The notes: generated from the sequence alone by a model not told the origin. 39,927 bases of DNA from Fibrobacteria bacterium (GCA_043732185.1 JAYTHY010000028.1:1-39927); one strand, 5' to 3'. Shown: positions 16,512-26,302, counted from the stretch's first letter. Numbers and translations are program-made.

Positions 16512-18035
16512 ATGACTAAGGCAATCCTAGCCACTTACTCTATATTCGCACTTTTTAGCCTTTCCATAGGTTCTGAAAGTGAGCCAAAAATTGATGCACA
16601 ACCATTGCATATTGGGGCACTTCAGGAATTCGGACAGGTTGTCAAAGGTTCATATTTAGCCGGGGTAGAAGATTCTAAGGTCACCGAGATGGATTGGGTG
16701 GATCATTTCGGCGCCTTTTTAACCAAGGATGTAACCATTGAGGACAGGTTGCATATTAGTGCAGGGTTAGGCGGCGTTTTTCAATTTCGCAAGCCAGAAT
16801 CTGTTGGTTCCGGATTTAGCTTTGCCCAGCACAAAGCATTTTTCGTCGGCCCAACTAAAGTTGAGGCGGTTTTTGATTTCGGCGAAACCGGTAAGCCATG
16901 GCTTCAAATCGGATCGGGCATGTTTGGGTACAAGTACAATCCGCAGGCCGTAAATTTGGGCGAATATCTATTTCGCTCTGGAGCATATCCCACTTACAAT
17001 TATACGGGTGGGTATGTTTTTGTAAATAGCGCAGGTTCTGGCTTGCAGGGCTTTAAAGCATTGTACCATAAGGGCAACTTCAAGGCGGACCTACTTTTGT
17101 TTACAGAAATGGGTTTGGCTCCCTTATATGACTGGTCCCTGGCCTCCGTCTTGTCCTATAGCGTCGGCGATGGATTGTTGGATGTAGGAGCCGGCGTAAA
17201 TTTTCAACGACTTTTCCAGGTGCATCCTTCGAGAACCGCCAGACGCATTCCAATCAACAGCTACTTCATTGTTGGTGGCAAAACCTACGTTGGCATGAAG
17301 GAATATTATGCAAATCCTGCACAGTTTTATACAAAAGTGGCGGATTCTCTAGCGTTGCGGGATTCTGTGGGAAACGCCTCACGAATTGCCAGCCTGCGCA
17401 ATGTGGTTAATGGAAATCGCAAAGATGAAGTGATAGTGGATAGTGTTTTAGCATTGGATGATAGCTCCCGCCAAGGAATCAAATATTATTCAGCAGCAGC
17501 CACGCTTTTAATGGCTCGCGCCACTTTAGATGTTAAAAAACTTTTTTCATCCGAATTATTCGGTTCTGAAGACTTAAAGTTATTTGCGGAAATCGATGTG
17601 CAAGGTGTTAAAAATTATCCTGTTTTTTATGAAAAAATGACGGACCGCATGCCAATCATGTTCGGCATGAACTTGCCTGGGTTTAAATTTCTCGATTTGA
17701 TCGCGCTGCAAGGGGAGTACCTACATTCGCCTTGGCTCAACAATACCTTTGCGCGTGGGCGCAGCGGTGCCAATGTACCGTATTTGCCTAACTCCTCAGA
17801 TAAAAACTTGTCGAACACGGAATATAATGATGCTGCGGCCAATGATGATTTTAAATGGACTGTTCAAGTAAAGAAAAATTTGGGTTCCAATGTCAGCTTA
17901 TGGGCCCAAGCCGCTAGCGATCATCTCCGCATTCCAAGCTCACTTTATTATTACGGACCGCAATTTGATCATAATGAAGTGACGATTAAAAAGGACGATT
18001 GGTATTTGATGGCCCAAATATCCTGGGGTATTTGA
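16512..18035 (+). CDS. Predicted outer-membrane beta-barrel, unnamed family, paralog 3
   Basis: RBS AGGGG; motifs YKYNPQAVNLGEYLFRSGAYP and GVKNYPVFYEKMTDRMP; ends WYLMAQISWGI. Confidence 0.8.
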   Translation: MTKAILATYSIFALFSLSIGSESEPKIDAQPLHIGALQEFGQVVKGSYLAGVEDSKVTEMDWVDHFGAFLTKDVTIEDRLHISAGLGGVFQFRKPESVGSGFSFAQHKAFFVGPTKVEAVFDFGETGKPWLQIGSGMFGYKYNPQAVNLGEYLFRSGAYPTYNYTGGYVFVNSAGSGLQGFKALYHKGNFKADLLLFTEMGLAPLYDWSLASVLSYSVGDGLLDVGAGVNFQRLFQVHPSRTARRIPINSYFIVGGKTYVGMKEYYANPAQFYTKVADSLALRDSVGNASRIASLRNVVNGNRKDEVIVDSVLALDDSSRQGIKYYSAAATLLMARATLDVKKLFSSELFGSEDLKLFAEIDVQGVKNYPVFYEKMTDRMPIMFGMNLPGFKFLDLIALQGEYLHSPWLNNTFARGRSGANVPYLPNSSDKNLSNTEYNDAAANDDFKWTVQVKKNLGSNVSLWAQAASDHLRIPSSLYYYGPQFDHNEVTIKKDDWYLMAQISWGI

Positions 18036-18058
18036 TACTCGATCGGCAGGGCACTAAA

Positions 18059-19423
18059 TTGCGTCCGTCCTTTGCCTTGATTCCTCGGCTTCTATTCCTT
18101 TTCATTTTTCTGCTTTTCCTCCAAAGCTGCAACTCCCACTCCAACTCCCCACAAATCAAAATCCTCTGGGCCGAATGGCGCCCTTCCGATGCCTTAGCCG
18201 AACTCGGCAAGCTCTACGAAACTAAAACCGGCATACCCGTCAAAATGGTTAAGAAATCCTGGGACGGCGCCTTTGGCGATGCCACTTTCTCGGAGTTCCG
18301 CAACCGGGATGACAATTATGACATCATTATCGGAGACAGCCAATGGATGGGTTTGGGCGTGGTCGGCAAACATTATGTGGAACTGACCGATTGGATGAAA
18401 ACCAACGTAGATACCAGTAACATAGAACCGGCTGCACTCAAATGGTACTGCGAGTATCCCAAAGGTGCACGTCGCTACTATGCGGTTCCTTGTGAAGCCG
18501 ATGCGATGGCATGGGCGTATCGGAAGGACTTGTTTGAAGATCCGGATCACAAAACCGGTTTTCGGAACTGGCTTGTATCAAAAGGGGTAGCGCCCGTGTT
18601 TCCTCTGGCCCCGCCAGAAACTTGGGAGCAGCTTCGCTTGATCGCTCTGTATTTCAAGGAGTCGGTGCCTGGTATGGCGGGTCTGGTTATGCCCACCGCA
18701 CGGGGCTATGATAAGGCCACGATGACTTTTCAGGCTATCATGTGGGCTTTTGGGGGAGAGTACGGGAACTATTCGACCAACCAGGTTACCATTGATTCGC
18801 CGAATACGGTGGAGGCCTTGCGTTTCTTTACCAGCCTCATGGATGCTACCTCCCCCGGGGGCCGCAATATGGGGTATAGCGAAGTCAATGCCGAGTTCTT
18901 GGCAGGACGTTCGGCGATGGCGTGCAATTTTATGGCATTTTTTCCGGTGTTGGCCAGCGTCAGCGACAACCCGGATTTTCATGATAAAATCGGATATTTC
19001 AATGCGCCTGGCCATACGGACAAAAAGGGAGTTTTTCGACGAGCGGCCACTTTGGGCGGACAGGGCATGAGTATCAATGCGCACATTAGCGCGGAGCGTC
19101 AGGCGAGAGCCAAAGCTTTTCTGAAATGGTTTTCTGAAACGTCCACGCAGCGGATGTGGGCGGATAAAGGAGGATTCACTTCTAATAAAATCGTATTAGC
19201 CAGCGAGGCGTTTAAATCGGCGACTCCCTACAACCCTATCTTCGAGGAGGCGTTTCGACTGATGAAGGATTTCTGGTCCTTGCCGGAGTATGACGATTTG
19301 ATGAAAGCGTGTCAGCGCGAGTTCTGTGCCGTCTTTCAAGATGGAGCGGATGCGGCTTTGGCCGTTAAGCATGTGCAGGTTGAACACGAGGCGATTTTAC
19401 GCAAAGCCGGTAGACTGCCGTGA
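18059..19423 (+). CDS. Sugar ABC transporter (CUT1) substrate-binding lipoprotein
   Basis: Lipobox LQSC; YDIIIGDSQW, AYRKDLF, PETWEQL, LGGQGMSIN, AKAFLKWF. Start placed at TTG 18059 to avoid overlapping the barrel gene. Confidence 0.9.
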   Translation: MRPSFALIPRLLFLFIFLLFLQSCNSHSNSPQIKILWAEWRPSDALAELGKLYETKTGIPVKMVKKSWDGAFGDATFSEFRNRDDNYDIIIGDSQWMGLGVVGKHYVELTDWMKTNVDTSNIEPAALKWYCEYPKGARRYYAVPCEADAMAWAYRKDLFEDPDHKTGFRNWLVSKGVAPVFPLAPPETWEQLRLIALYFKESVPGMAGLVMPTARGYDKATMTFQAIMWAFGGEYGNYSTNQVTIDSPNTVEALRFFTSLMDATSPGGRNMGYSEVNAEFLAGRSAMACNFMAFFPVLASVSDNPDFHDKIGYFNAPGHTDKKGVFRRAATLGGQGMSINAHISAERQARAKAFLKWFSETSTQRMWADKGGFTSNKIVLASEAFKSATPYNPIFEEAFRLMKDFWSLPEYDDLMKACQREFCAVFQDGADAALAVKHVQVEHEAILRKAGRLP

Positions 19424-20310
19424 GTGCATCCGGGCAATTCCCATCGGACCTACGAGTGCGCAATCTGTGTATTCTGCCGGCGCTTTTCCTGCTTATCCTA
19501 TTCAATGTTTTCCCGCTTCTCGCTTCTTTCGGCATCAGCTTTACGGACTTTAATCCCATACTAACCGACCATCCCCGTTTTAACGGCATCGAAAATTATC
19601 AAACGCTTTTGGACAGTCCGCGCCAGGAAGTTTGGCAGGCTTTTACACGCACTTCGGCCTTGGTGCTTGTCACCGTAGGCTTGCAGACGCTGATTGGATT
19701 TGGAGTTGCTTTAATTCTGCGACGGAACTTTCGTGGCCGGAGTCTGTTCACGGCCATTCTGCTGATACCCATGATGCTCTCACCCGCTGTAATGGGATCT
19801 TTTTGGCGTTACCTGTTCAATGCTGATTATGGGGCCATCAATTGGCTGCTGGATACGCGCTGGAACTGGGATGGAAACTCAGTCCGGTCCTTTTGGGCGG
19901 TGGTGGTTGCGGAGGTGTGGATGTGGACACCATTCATGATGCTGCTTTCACTGGCAGGCCTCTCGGCAATACCAAATACGCTTTATGAAGCGGCCGAAGT
20001 GGATCGGGCAGGACGATGGTTTCGCTTTCGGCATATTACCTTGCCATTGGCGGCGCCTATGGTGCTGTTGGGCGTGGTATTTAGGGCCATGGACACTTTT
20101 CGACTTTTCGATACCGCCATGGTTATGAACGGAAACCTGGAAGGCCAACCAACCACTTTTATAAGTGTTCTTCTGCATGCCCGTGGATTTGGGGGCAGTC
20201 GTTCCTTGGGTGAACCAACAGCCTTGGCTTACTTACTACTTATCGCATCACTGGCCATGGCCACATTAGTGCTGCACTTTCTGGGACATCTTAAAAAGCA
20301 GCGTTCATGA
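19420..20310 (+). CDS. Sugar ABC transporter permease 1 (MalF/UgpA-like)
   Basis: FNGIENY, WMWTPFMML, EAA loop LYEAAEVDRAG...FRHITLP; GTGA overlap with the binding-protein gene. Confidence 0.93.
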   Translation: MSASGQFPSDLRVRNLCILPALFLLILFNVFPLLASFGISFTDFNPILTDHPRFNGIENYQTLLDSPRQEVWQAFTRTSALVLVTVGLQTLIGFGVALILRRNFRGRSLFTAILLIPMMLSPAVMGSFWRYLFNADYGAINWLLDTRWNWDGNSVRSFWAVVVAEVWMWTPFMMLLSLAGLSAIPNTLYEAAEVDRAGRWFRFRHITLPLAAPMVLLGVVFRAMDTFRLFDTAMVMNGNLEGQPTTFISVLLHARGFGGSRSLGEPTALAYLLLIASLAMATLVLHFLGHLKKQRS

Positions 20311-21218
20311 ATCGCCCAGAAAATAACCAGCCCGCCGCTAACCACGTGGCTTCTAGCCACCCCGCTTCCAGTCAGCCTGCCCCTGTTCGTGCCTTGCTTT
20401 TAGCCATCTATGTCCTCCTGGCAATGGCACCCATCGTGTGGCTGCTGCTCACCAGCATAAAACATTCTGCGGATACAGCAGCACTGCCGCCTCGCTTTCT
20501 TCCCGGGAACTCGGCTCCTGAAAATTCTTTTTGGTTCCGCTTCACGCTTGAAAATTTTAGGCGCGTATTGGCCGATGTCGATACCCTGCGTTACTTTATC
20601 AACTCTGTCCTTGTCTCCGTGATAAGCGCAATAGCATCGGTTATCATAGGGACACTCGCCGGTTACGGGTTCAGCCGCTTTCCCTTTCGCGGGAGTCAAA
20701 ACGGTTTATTCTTTATCCTATCTACCCGCATGTTGCCGCCTTTGGCCTTAGCCGTCCCTATCAGTTTCATGTATAGCCGGATTGGAATTTTGGACACGCG
20801 GTTCGGACTTATCCTGCTCTATACTTGCTTCAATCTCTCCTTTACCACCTGGATGATGAAAGCAGTTTTGGACGACATTCCCCTAGCGTATGAAGAAGCC
20901 GCCATGCTGGATGGCCATTCGCGCTGGGTGGCCATGCTGCGAGTTGTCCTCCCATCGGCGCTTCCGGGAATCGCCGCGACTTCCGTGTTCTCTTTGATTT
21001 CGGCGTGGAATGAATATGCGTTTGCCCTGACTTTGACCAGTACCGACGCTGTTACCATGCCGGTCCGGATCCACGCAATAATCGGGGACAACAGCACCAT
21101 TCCATGGGGCCCATTGGCGGCGGCTTCGGTTTTATTCCTTTTGCCAATAGTCGGATTTGGACTATTGATGCGCAAACATTTGGTGCGCGGCGTCACATTT
21201 GGTGCGGTGAAGGGATAA
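20307..21218 (+). CDS. Sugar ABC transporter permease 2 (MalG/UgpE-like)
   Basis: YFINS, LAGYGFSRF, YEEAAMLDG, AWNEY, C-terminal LVRGVTFGAVKG; ATGA overlap. Confidence 0.93.
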   Translation: MNRPENNQPAANHVASSHPASSQPAPVRALLLAIYVLLAMAPIVWLLLTSIKHSADTAALPPRFLPGNSAPENSFWFRFTLENFRRVLADVDTLRYFINSVLVSVISAIASVIIGTLAGYGFSRFPFRGSQNGLFFILSTRMLPPLALAVPISFMYSRIGILDTRFGLILLYTCFNLSFTTWMMKAVLDDIPLAYEEAAMLDGHSRWVAMLRVVLPSALPGIAATSVFSLISAWNEYAFALTLTSTDAVTMPVRIHAIIGDNSTIPWGPLAAASVLFLLPIVGFGLLMRKHLVRGVTFGAVKG

Positions 21219-21221
21219 ATC

Positions 21222-21374
21222 ATGCGAATGGCGCGCTGGTGTTTGTTTGTGATGGCTGTAGGGCTGGCAATGATTGGACAGCCATGGTCGCGAGTTGTTT
21301 TTGCCTTAGGTTTTCCTGTGACGTTCCTGGGCATTGTCGTGTACAACCTGGTGACCCATCGGGAATCGCAATGA
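21222..21374 (+). CDS. Small two-helix membrane protein (50 aa), not in the ORF track
   Basis: Translated by hand: MRMARWCLFVMAVGLAMIGQPWSRVVFALGFPVTFLGIVVYNLVTHRESQ*. ATG lies 3 nt after the permease stop, with GAAGGGA upstream, and the ORF fills the gap before the ATPase. Confidence 0.75.
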   Translation: MRMARWCLFVMAVGLAMIGQPWSRVVFALGFPVTFLGIVVYNLVTHRESQ

Positions 21375-21398
21375 CGGATAACCAATGATGGCTAATCA

Positions 21399-22526
21399 AT
21401 GATCGATGCTCAGGAACCTCGTATTCGCTTGTCGGGTGCGGCTAAAAAATTTGGATCGACCATCGCGGTTTATCCACTGGATCTGGCCGTCAATGCCGGG
21501 GAATTTGTGGTGATTCTGGGTCCAAGCGGTTGTGGCAAGACAACTACATTACGCATGGTGGCAGGGCTCGAACAGCCGACACAAGGCAATGTTTTTATTG
21601 CCGGGCAAGATGTTACCCAGTTGCGTCCGAGTGAAAGAGATGTGGCTTTTGTCTTCCAAATGTTTTCCCTGTACCCGCATTTAACTGCACTCGAGAATGT
21701 GGCTTTTCCCTTGCGGGCGCAAGGGTTGCCTGCGCAAGAGGCGATGCGTCGGGCTGGAGACATGTTGAAACGATTAGGAATAGAGCATCTGGCGAAAGTT
21801 CGGCCGGCGCGTTTGTCGGGTGGAGATCAGCAGCGGGTAGGTTTGTCGCGGGCCTTGGTTCGTCAGCCCAAGGTTTTTCTCATGGATGAGCCGTTGGGCA
21901 CATTGGACGGAGGACTGCGTGAAGAGATGCGGGAAGCATTACGCATGGCGCACAATCAATCCGGGGCCACTACATTATTTGTGACCCATGATCAGGCTGA
22001 AGCCATGAGTTTGGCCGATCGCATTGCGGTGATGAAGGATGGACGCCTCCTTCAATACGCACACCCCCGTACCCTGTATGATTCCCCCGCCGATTTATTC
22101 GTAGCGGATTTTTTGGGCTCGCCGGGCATGAACATTCTCAAAGGGCGGCGGCAAGGGGACCGGATCCACCTGGATTCGCTGCCGATTGCACTGAGAGTCG
22201 GTGAGGATTTGACCATGGCCGCGACTGGAAGCGGTTCCGGATCGGAAGCATGCTTTTTAGGCGTGCGCCCACAAAATGTTTTAATAACCGAGGACGGCGC
22301 ACCTTGCCATGTGGAACACACCGAAGTTCTAGGTACGCATAACCTGCTCTCCCTTCGCTACGCAGACGGTTTCTTAAAAGCCTGGCTTCCCGCTGGGGTG
22401 CACTTCCGCGAAGGGGAAACAGTAAACATCCGATTTTTTGAAGCCGGCTGCCGCTGGTTTGCAGCGGACACGGGGTTAGCGCTGCCCTGGCGCACATTGG
22501 AGGTGGCATGCCTTCCTATGCCTTAG
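21399..22526 (+). CDS. Sugar ABC transporter ATP-binding protein 1 (MalK-like, C-terminal TOBE-like domain)
   Basis: Walker A GPSGCGKT, VFQ, LSGGDQQRV, LMDEP, VTHDQ. Confidence 0.95.
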   Translation: MIDAQEPRIRLSGAAKKFGSTIAVYPLDLAVNAGEFVVILGPSGCGKTTTLRMVAGLEQPTQGNVFIAGQDVTQLRPSERDVAFVFQMFSLYPHLTALENVAFPLRAQGLPAQEAMRRAGDMLKRLGIEHLAKVRPARLSGGDQQRVGLSRALVRQPKVFLMDEPLGTLDGGLREEMREALRMAHNQSGATTLFVTHDQAEAMSLADRIAVMKDGRLLQYAHPRTLYDSPADLFVADFLGSPGMNILKGRRQGDRIHLDSLPIALRVGEDLTMAATGSGSGSEACFLGVRPQNVLITEDGAPCHVEHTEVLGTHNLLSLRYADGFLKAWLPAGVHFREGETVNIRFFEAGCRWFAADTGLALPWRTLEVACLPMP

Positions 22527-23521
22527 ACGGGATCTCCGTTTCCTTTTCCATGGGCAGGTCTGCACATGCCGAAGCCTTGCAAAAAATTTCTCTTCACGTC
22601 GAATCCAGTGAACGCATAGTCATCTTGGGCGGAACCGGAGCGGGAAAAACCACCCTCCTGCGCGTGTTCGCGGGCCTGCAACAGCCCACAGCTGGCCGGG
22701 TATTGGAAAATGGCATCGATATTTCCGCCAAGCCACCGCATCAACGCGATATGGCTATGGTGTTCCAAAACTTTTCCCTCTATCCTCGCATGACCGTGGG
22801 TGGCAACCTGGCCTTTCCGCTCAAAGCCAAGGCTTTGGGCCTATCGCAAACAGAAATCACCTCCCGCGTGCATGAGGCCGCCGGCATTCTGGGTTTGGCG
22901 GACAAACTGGATCGACACATGCATGAACTCTCAGGAGGCGAACTGCAGCGCGTCGCTCTAGGCCGAGCTTTAGTGCGGCGCCCCAAATTATTTCTGATGG
23001 ATGAACCGCTGGCCAGTTTGGATGCCAAGCTGCGCGAGCACATGGTGGCTGAGATCCGGCGCCTACAACGGTCACTGGGCTGCGGGATGGTTTACGTCAC
23101 GCATGATCATGAAGAAGCCATGAGCCTGGCCGATAGAATTCTGGTCCTAGACAAGGGCTCTATCCTGCAATCGGGATCGCCAGAGGAAATCTACCGGCAT
23201 CCCATAAATAGCCGCGTAGCCCGCATGCTGGGCCAGCCAGGCATCAATATACTGACCGCCGCCGAAGGAGGTCGACTAGGCCTTCCGCCACTCGGCAAAA
23301 GTTTGATCGGAGTGCGCCCAGAAAGCTGGATAGTCACTTCAGATCCTGTCGGACCCGCCATTGTCTCGATGGTGGAACACCTTGGTTCTAAAATAGTGCT
23401 GATGCTGAATGTAGAAGGCGTGATGCTAAGAGTGGCCGTGTCGCCGGGCCTCAGGGTGAGGCTCGGCGATAGGTTTCGGCTGGGAGTGGATCCAGGAGAT
23501 CTGGTACCACTCGACTTATAA
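22508..23521 (+). CDS. Sugar ABC transporter ATP-binding protein 2 (MalK-like)
   Basis: Walker A GGTGAGKT, LSGGELQRV, LMDEP, VTHD; overlaps the previous gene by 19 nt. Confidence 0.93.
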   Translation: MPSYALDGISVSFSMGRSAHAEALQKISLHVESSERIVILGGTGAGKTTLLRVFAGLQQPTAGRVLENGIDISAKPPHQRDMAMVFQNFSLYPRMTVGGNLAFPLKAKALGLSQTEITSRVHEAAGILGLADKLDRHMHELSGGELQRVALGRALVRRPKLFLMDEPLASLDAKLREHMVAEIRRLQRSLGCGMVYVTHDHEEAMSLADRILVLDKGSILQSGSPEEIYRHPINSRVARMLGQPGINILTAAEGGRLGLPPLGKSLIGVRPESWIVTSDPVGPAIVSMVEHLGSKIVLMLNVEGVMLRVAVSPGLRVRLGDRFRLGVDPGDLVPLDL

Positions 23522-23560
23522 AAACCCTTAGTTCAAATTGAAGTAGGCGTAGTATTCAAC

Positions 23561-25120
23561 TTAGATGGCAAATTGGAGCCTGAAGGCCCAGTACCAATCC
23601 TTATCTTTCTGGATGAAGGGCTGATAACTAGGATTTCCCAAATAGTTCAAGCCGCGCGAATGGTCTTTGGCTACCTGCCCGAACAAGGTGAATCCAGGAG
23701 CAATCGTTTTCTTTGCGTAGACTGACCAATACCAGAACTGATTCTTCAGTTGCATACTTGAATCCAAGTATGTTCCCGGGTCGGGTTGTGTGATTTTTCG
23801 GGCTGGGTCTGTAGGCAAATCCCAGACCGGAATAACGTAGTTAAAGGATGTTTTAATGCTGTTGAGAAAGGGCGATTTGTAATGTTCCGCTTCAATTGAA
23901 AGATTGTCCAATAGCTTGAAAGTCGGAATGTTGAATCCAAACATAATCGGCATGCGCTCAGATTTTTTCTCATAGTAGAAGGGATAATCCTTCACGCCGA
24001 GCAGCGCTATTTCGCTATAAATTTTCCCAGCACCTTCTTCGAACATATCGTTGGCTAGAAGCTTCAATGGATTGATGGATGCTCGCGCCATTACTTTAAT
24101 GCCCTTGTACGTATAATAGCTGAGTTTACTGTTGGGAACGCCATTTTCAGCCGCTGAAATATATTTGTTTTGCTCGCCTTCTACGAAGCGAGGATCGTTC
24201 GGTGCCAAAGCAGTTCCATACTTGGGGTTGGAGATGTCCACCACCATCGTGTCATTCAGTGCCAAGCCCGGTTTGTTAAATTCATTTTGAGGCAAGGGCA
24301 TATTTCGATTGCGAACAGGGTCAAAATAATACGCGTTTTCACGTACCTTGGGTGTTACCTTTTTGCTGTTGCTTGGGATGTAGTGGGAAAAGACAGCTCC
24401 ACCGCCCACTTCAAACACATCGCCATGATTGTAATTCACCACAAAAGAAGGGGAAACGTCGAGATTGGGTTCGATGTCCCTTTCGATGAAAAGGTTGGCG
24501 TCTACTTTTAATTCATGGTTCAGAAAATCGAAAGAACTTTTAATACCATTTGCTCCATAGACGGCCGTATTTAGAATCGTCCACCCACCTGTCCAGAGAT
24601 ATCCCGGATAGGTTCCGGAGCGGAACAAGTATTCGCCTAGATTGCGTGCATCCGGATTTACTTTATAAGGGAAAAAGCCCATCTGCAATTTCAAATAAGG
24701 GTTTTCCAAGTTTCCAAAAGCATAAGTTGCGGATGCTCCAGAAAGGCCGGTCGCGAATTTTACTGTGCGAGTATGAGGTAAGCCTTCTGTTTCCGGAAGG
24801 CTATACCAAAATAATCCACTAATACCGGCGGAAATTTCCAGCCTTTCTTGAACCATGACGTTTTGTGTGATCCACGCCGCATTACGGGAAATATTCGTAT
24901 TGCTGATATCACCTTCTGATCCATACGCTTCAAATCTTGATCCTTCCACGACTTTACCATATTCAAGGAAGGTCCCAACTTGCGGAGGGAGGAGTTTTAC
25001 TGGGCCGTCTTCACCAAGCGTCCGGGCCGCAAAGGTTGCAACGAGAATGCCTGCCAGAAGTGAACCGGATAACAGCTTCACTTTGCTGCGGGGTTTAGAT
25101 CGAATAGTATTTTCCATCAC
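23561..25120 (-). CDS. Predicted outer-membrane beta-barrel, unnamed family, paralog 4 (more divergent)
   Basis: RBS AGGAG; signal peptide; FPYKVNPDARNLGEYLFRSGTYP, GVKDYPFYYEKKSERMPIMFGFNIP, QVAKDH; ends WYWAFRLQFAI. Confidence 0.8.
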   Translation of the reverse strand: MMENTIRSKPRSKVKLLSGSLLAGILVATFAARTLGEDGPVKLLPPQVGTFLEYGKVVEGSRFEAYGSEGDISNTNISRNAAWITQNVMVQERLEISAGISGLFWYSLPETEGLPHTRTVKFATGLSGASATYAFGNLENPYLKLQMGFFPYKVNPDARNLGEYLFRSGTYPGYLWTGGWTILNTAVYGANGIKSSFDFLNHELKVDANLFIERDIEPNLDVSPSFVVNYNHGDVFEVGGGAVFSHYIPSNSKKVTPKVRENAYYFDPVRNRNMPLPQNEFNKPGLALNDTMVVDISNPKYGTALAPNDPRFVEGEQNKYISAAENGVPNSKLSYYTYKGIKVMARASINPLKLLANDMFEEGAGKIYSEIALLGVKDYPFYYEKKSERMPIMFGFNIPTFKLLDNLSIEAEHYKSPFLNSIKTSFNYVIPVWDLPTDPARKITQPDPGTYLDSSMQLKNQFWYWSVYAKKTIAPGFTLFGQVAKDHSRGLNYLGNPSYQPFIQKDKDWYWAFRLQFAI

Positions 25121-25204
25121 ATCTCCTATTTGAAAATTTTAGATTGTGTAGAAAATAGATAAAGGCGATCGAATTTTTTAGGTGCTTGATTGTTTTCTCC
25201 TAAA

Positions 25205-25237
25205 AAAAATAGGGGTCCATTCAGGACCCCTATTTTT
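25205..25237 (-). terminator. Intrinsic terminator of the ThuA-like gene (potentially bidirectional)
   Basis: AAAAATAGGGGTCC-ATTCA-GGACCCCTATTTTT perfect stem with A/T tracts. Confidence 0.85.
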
Positions 25238-25261
25238 AAAAAATGCTGGCAAATCCAATGT

Positions 25262-26302
25262 CTATTGGATGAGCACTCGCTTCGAAATCACGGCACCTGG
25301 GGTTGTTGCCGTCACAAAATACACGCCTTCTTTTAGGTGGAATTCGCTCAAGGTTTTTCCCATTCCTGATGCGACAACTCGGCCATGTACGTCTCGGATT
25401 TTTACGTTATGATTTCCGGCCGTCATGATTTCGATTGAGGAGCCATTCGTCCTGATGCCATGCTGTTTAACGTCAACGACTGCAGCATCGAAATCGCCCA
25501 CCAAGTATTTCATATAAGCGTAAGTGGCTTTGGTCAACCAAGAATTATTCGCTGTCCACTCCGGAGTTTCGTGTCCCATTGCGGTATACATCATTTTGCC
25601 GCCTCCCTTGAGGTTTTTAATCCAGCTGAAAGATTGTCTTACACCGTTTTGGGCAGTGGCACCGCGCAATTCCTGGAACACCTCGACATTGGGCATGCCA
25701 CGCACGTCTGAATCGAATTGATAGATTTCTGTATTGAAATTGATTACGTCAATGGCAATCTTAAGGGTATCCTTGGCGTAAGCCCACATTTTAGTCAACG
25801 CCAGGTCCTTTTTGGTCACGCTGGAAGTGTCCGTGAACATGTTAAAAGCACCACCACCATGGGCAACGAATTTGGAACCGGAGTATAGGGCGGTATCATA
25901 CCAGGTCCATTGGTCACGGTGATCGCTGGCGGCATGAAAGCCTAGGTACTTGCCACCGGCATTCATGTAGGCCACCAAGGCCGCTTGGGCCGGTGTCATG
26001 GTATTGTTCACTCCACCGGCATCGGTGTTGTTGTCGTAGATGACCAAATCGTAGTTTTTAAGATTAAGGAGATCATTGGGATCAGTAGAATGTTTCACCG
26101 TGAAATTATACTGGGCCGCCAAAGTGTTAAGGGCCGTAGTGCATCCGAGGATTCCGCCGATATGGTTGAAGTAACCCACTTTGGCATAATGCAGCACATT
26201 CTTAGGCACAGCCATGGCACCGGTAGCCAGCATCGCAAGCGTCAAGCCCAGCGCTCTAGCAGGTTTTAGCATTTTTGAATTCAACATCCCCTCCTTTTTC
26301 AT
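25262..26302 (-). CDS. Secreted ThuA-like (class I glutamine amidotransferase-like fold) protein with T9SS-like C-terminal domain
   Basis: Signal peptide; LKNYDLVIY, QAALVAYMNAGGKYLGFHAA, WTWY, YTAMGH; tail DVHGRVV...GVYFV...SKRVLIQ. True start is probably a few codons downstream of 26302. Confidence 0.82.
   Translation of the reverse strand: MKKEGMLNSKMLKPARALGLTLAMLATGAMAVPKNVLHYAKVGYFNHIGGILGCTTALNTLAAQYNFTVKHSTDPNDLLNLKNYDLVIYDNNTDAGGVNNTMTPAQAALVAYMNAGGKYLGFHAASDHRDQWTWYDTALYSGSKFVAHGGGAFNMFTDTSSVTKKDLALTKMWAYAKDTLKIAIDVINFNTEIYQFDSDVRGMPNVEVFQELRGATAQNGVRQSFSWIKNLKGGGKMMYTAMGHETPEWTANNSWLTKATYAYMKYLVGDFDAAVVDVKQHGIRTNGSSIEIMTAGNHNVKIRDVHGRVVASGMGKTLSEFHLKEGVYFVTATTPGAVISKRVLIQ

Noticed and set aside
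13413..18035. Calling the barrels TonB-dependent/SusC receptors
   Set aside because: Too short (~510 aa), no plug domain or TonB box recognised, and no SusD-like lipoprotein follows.
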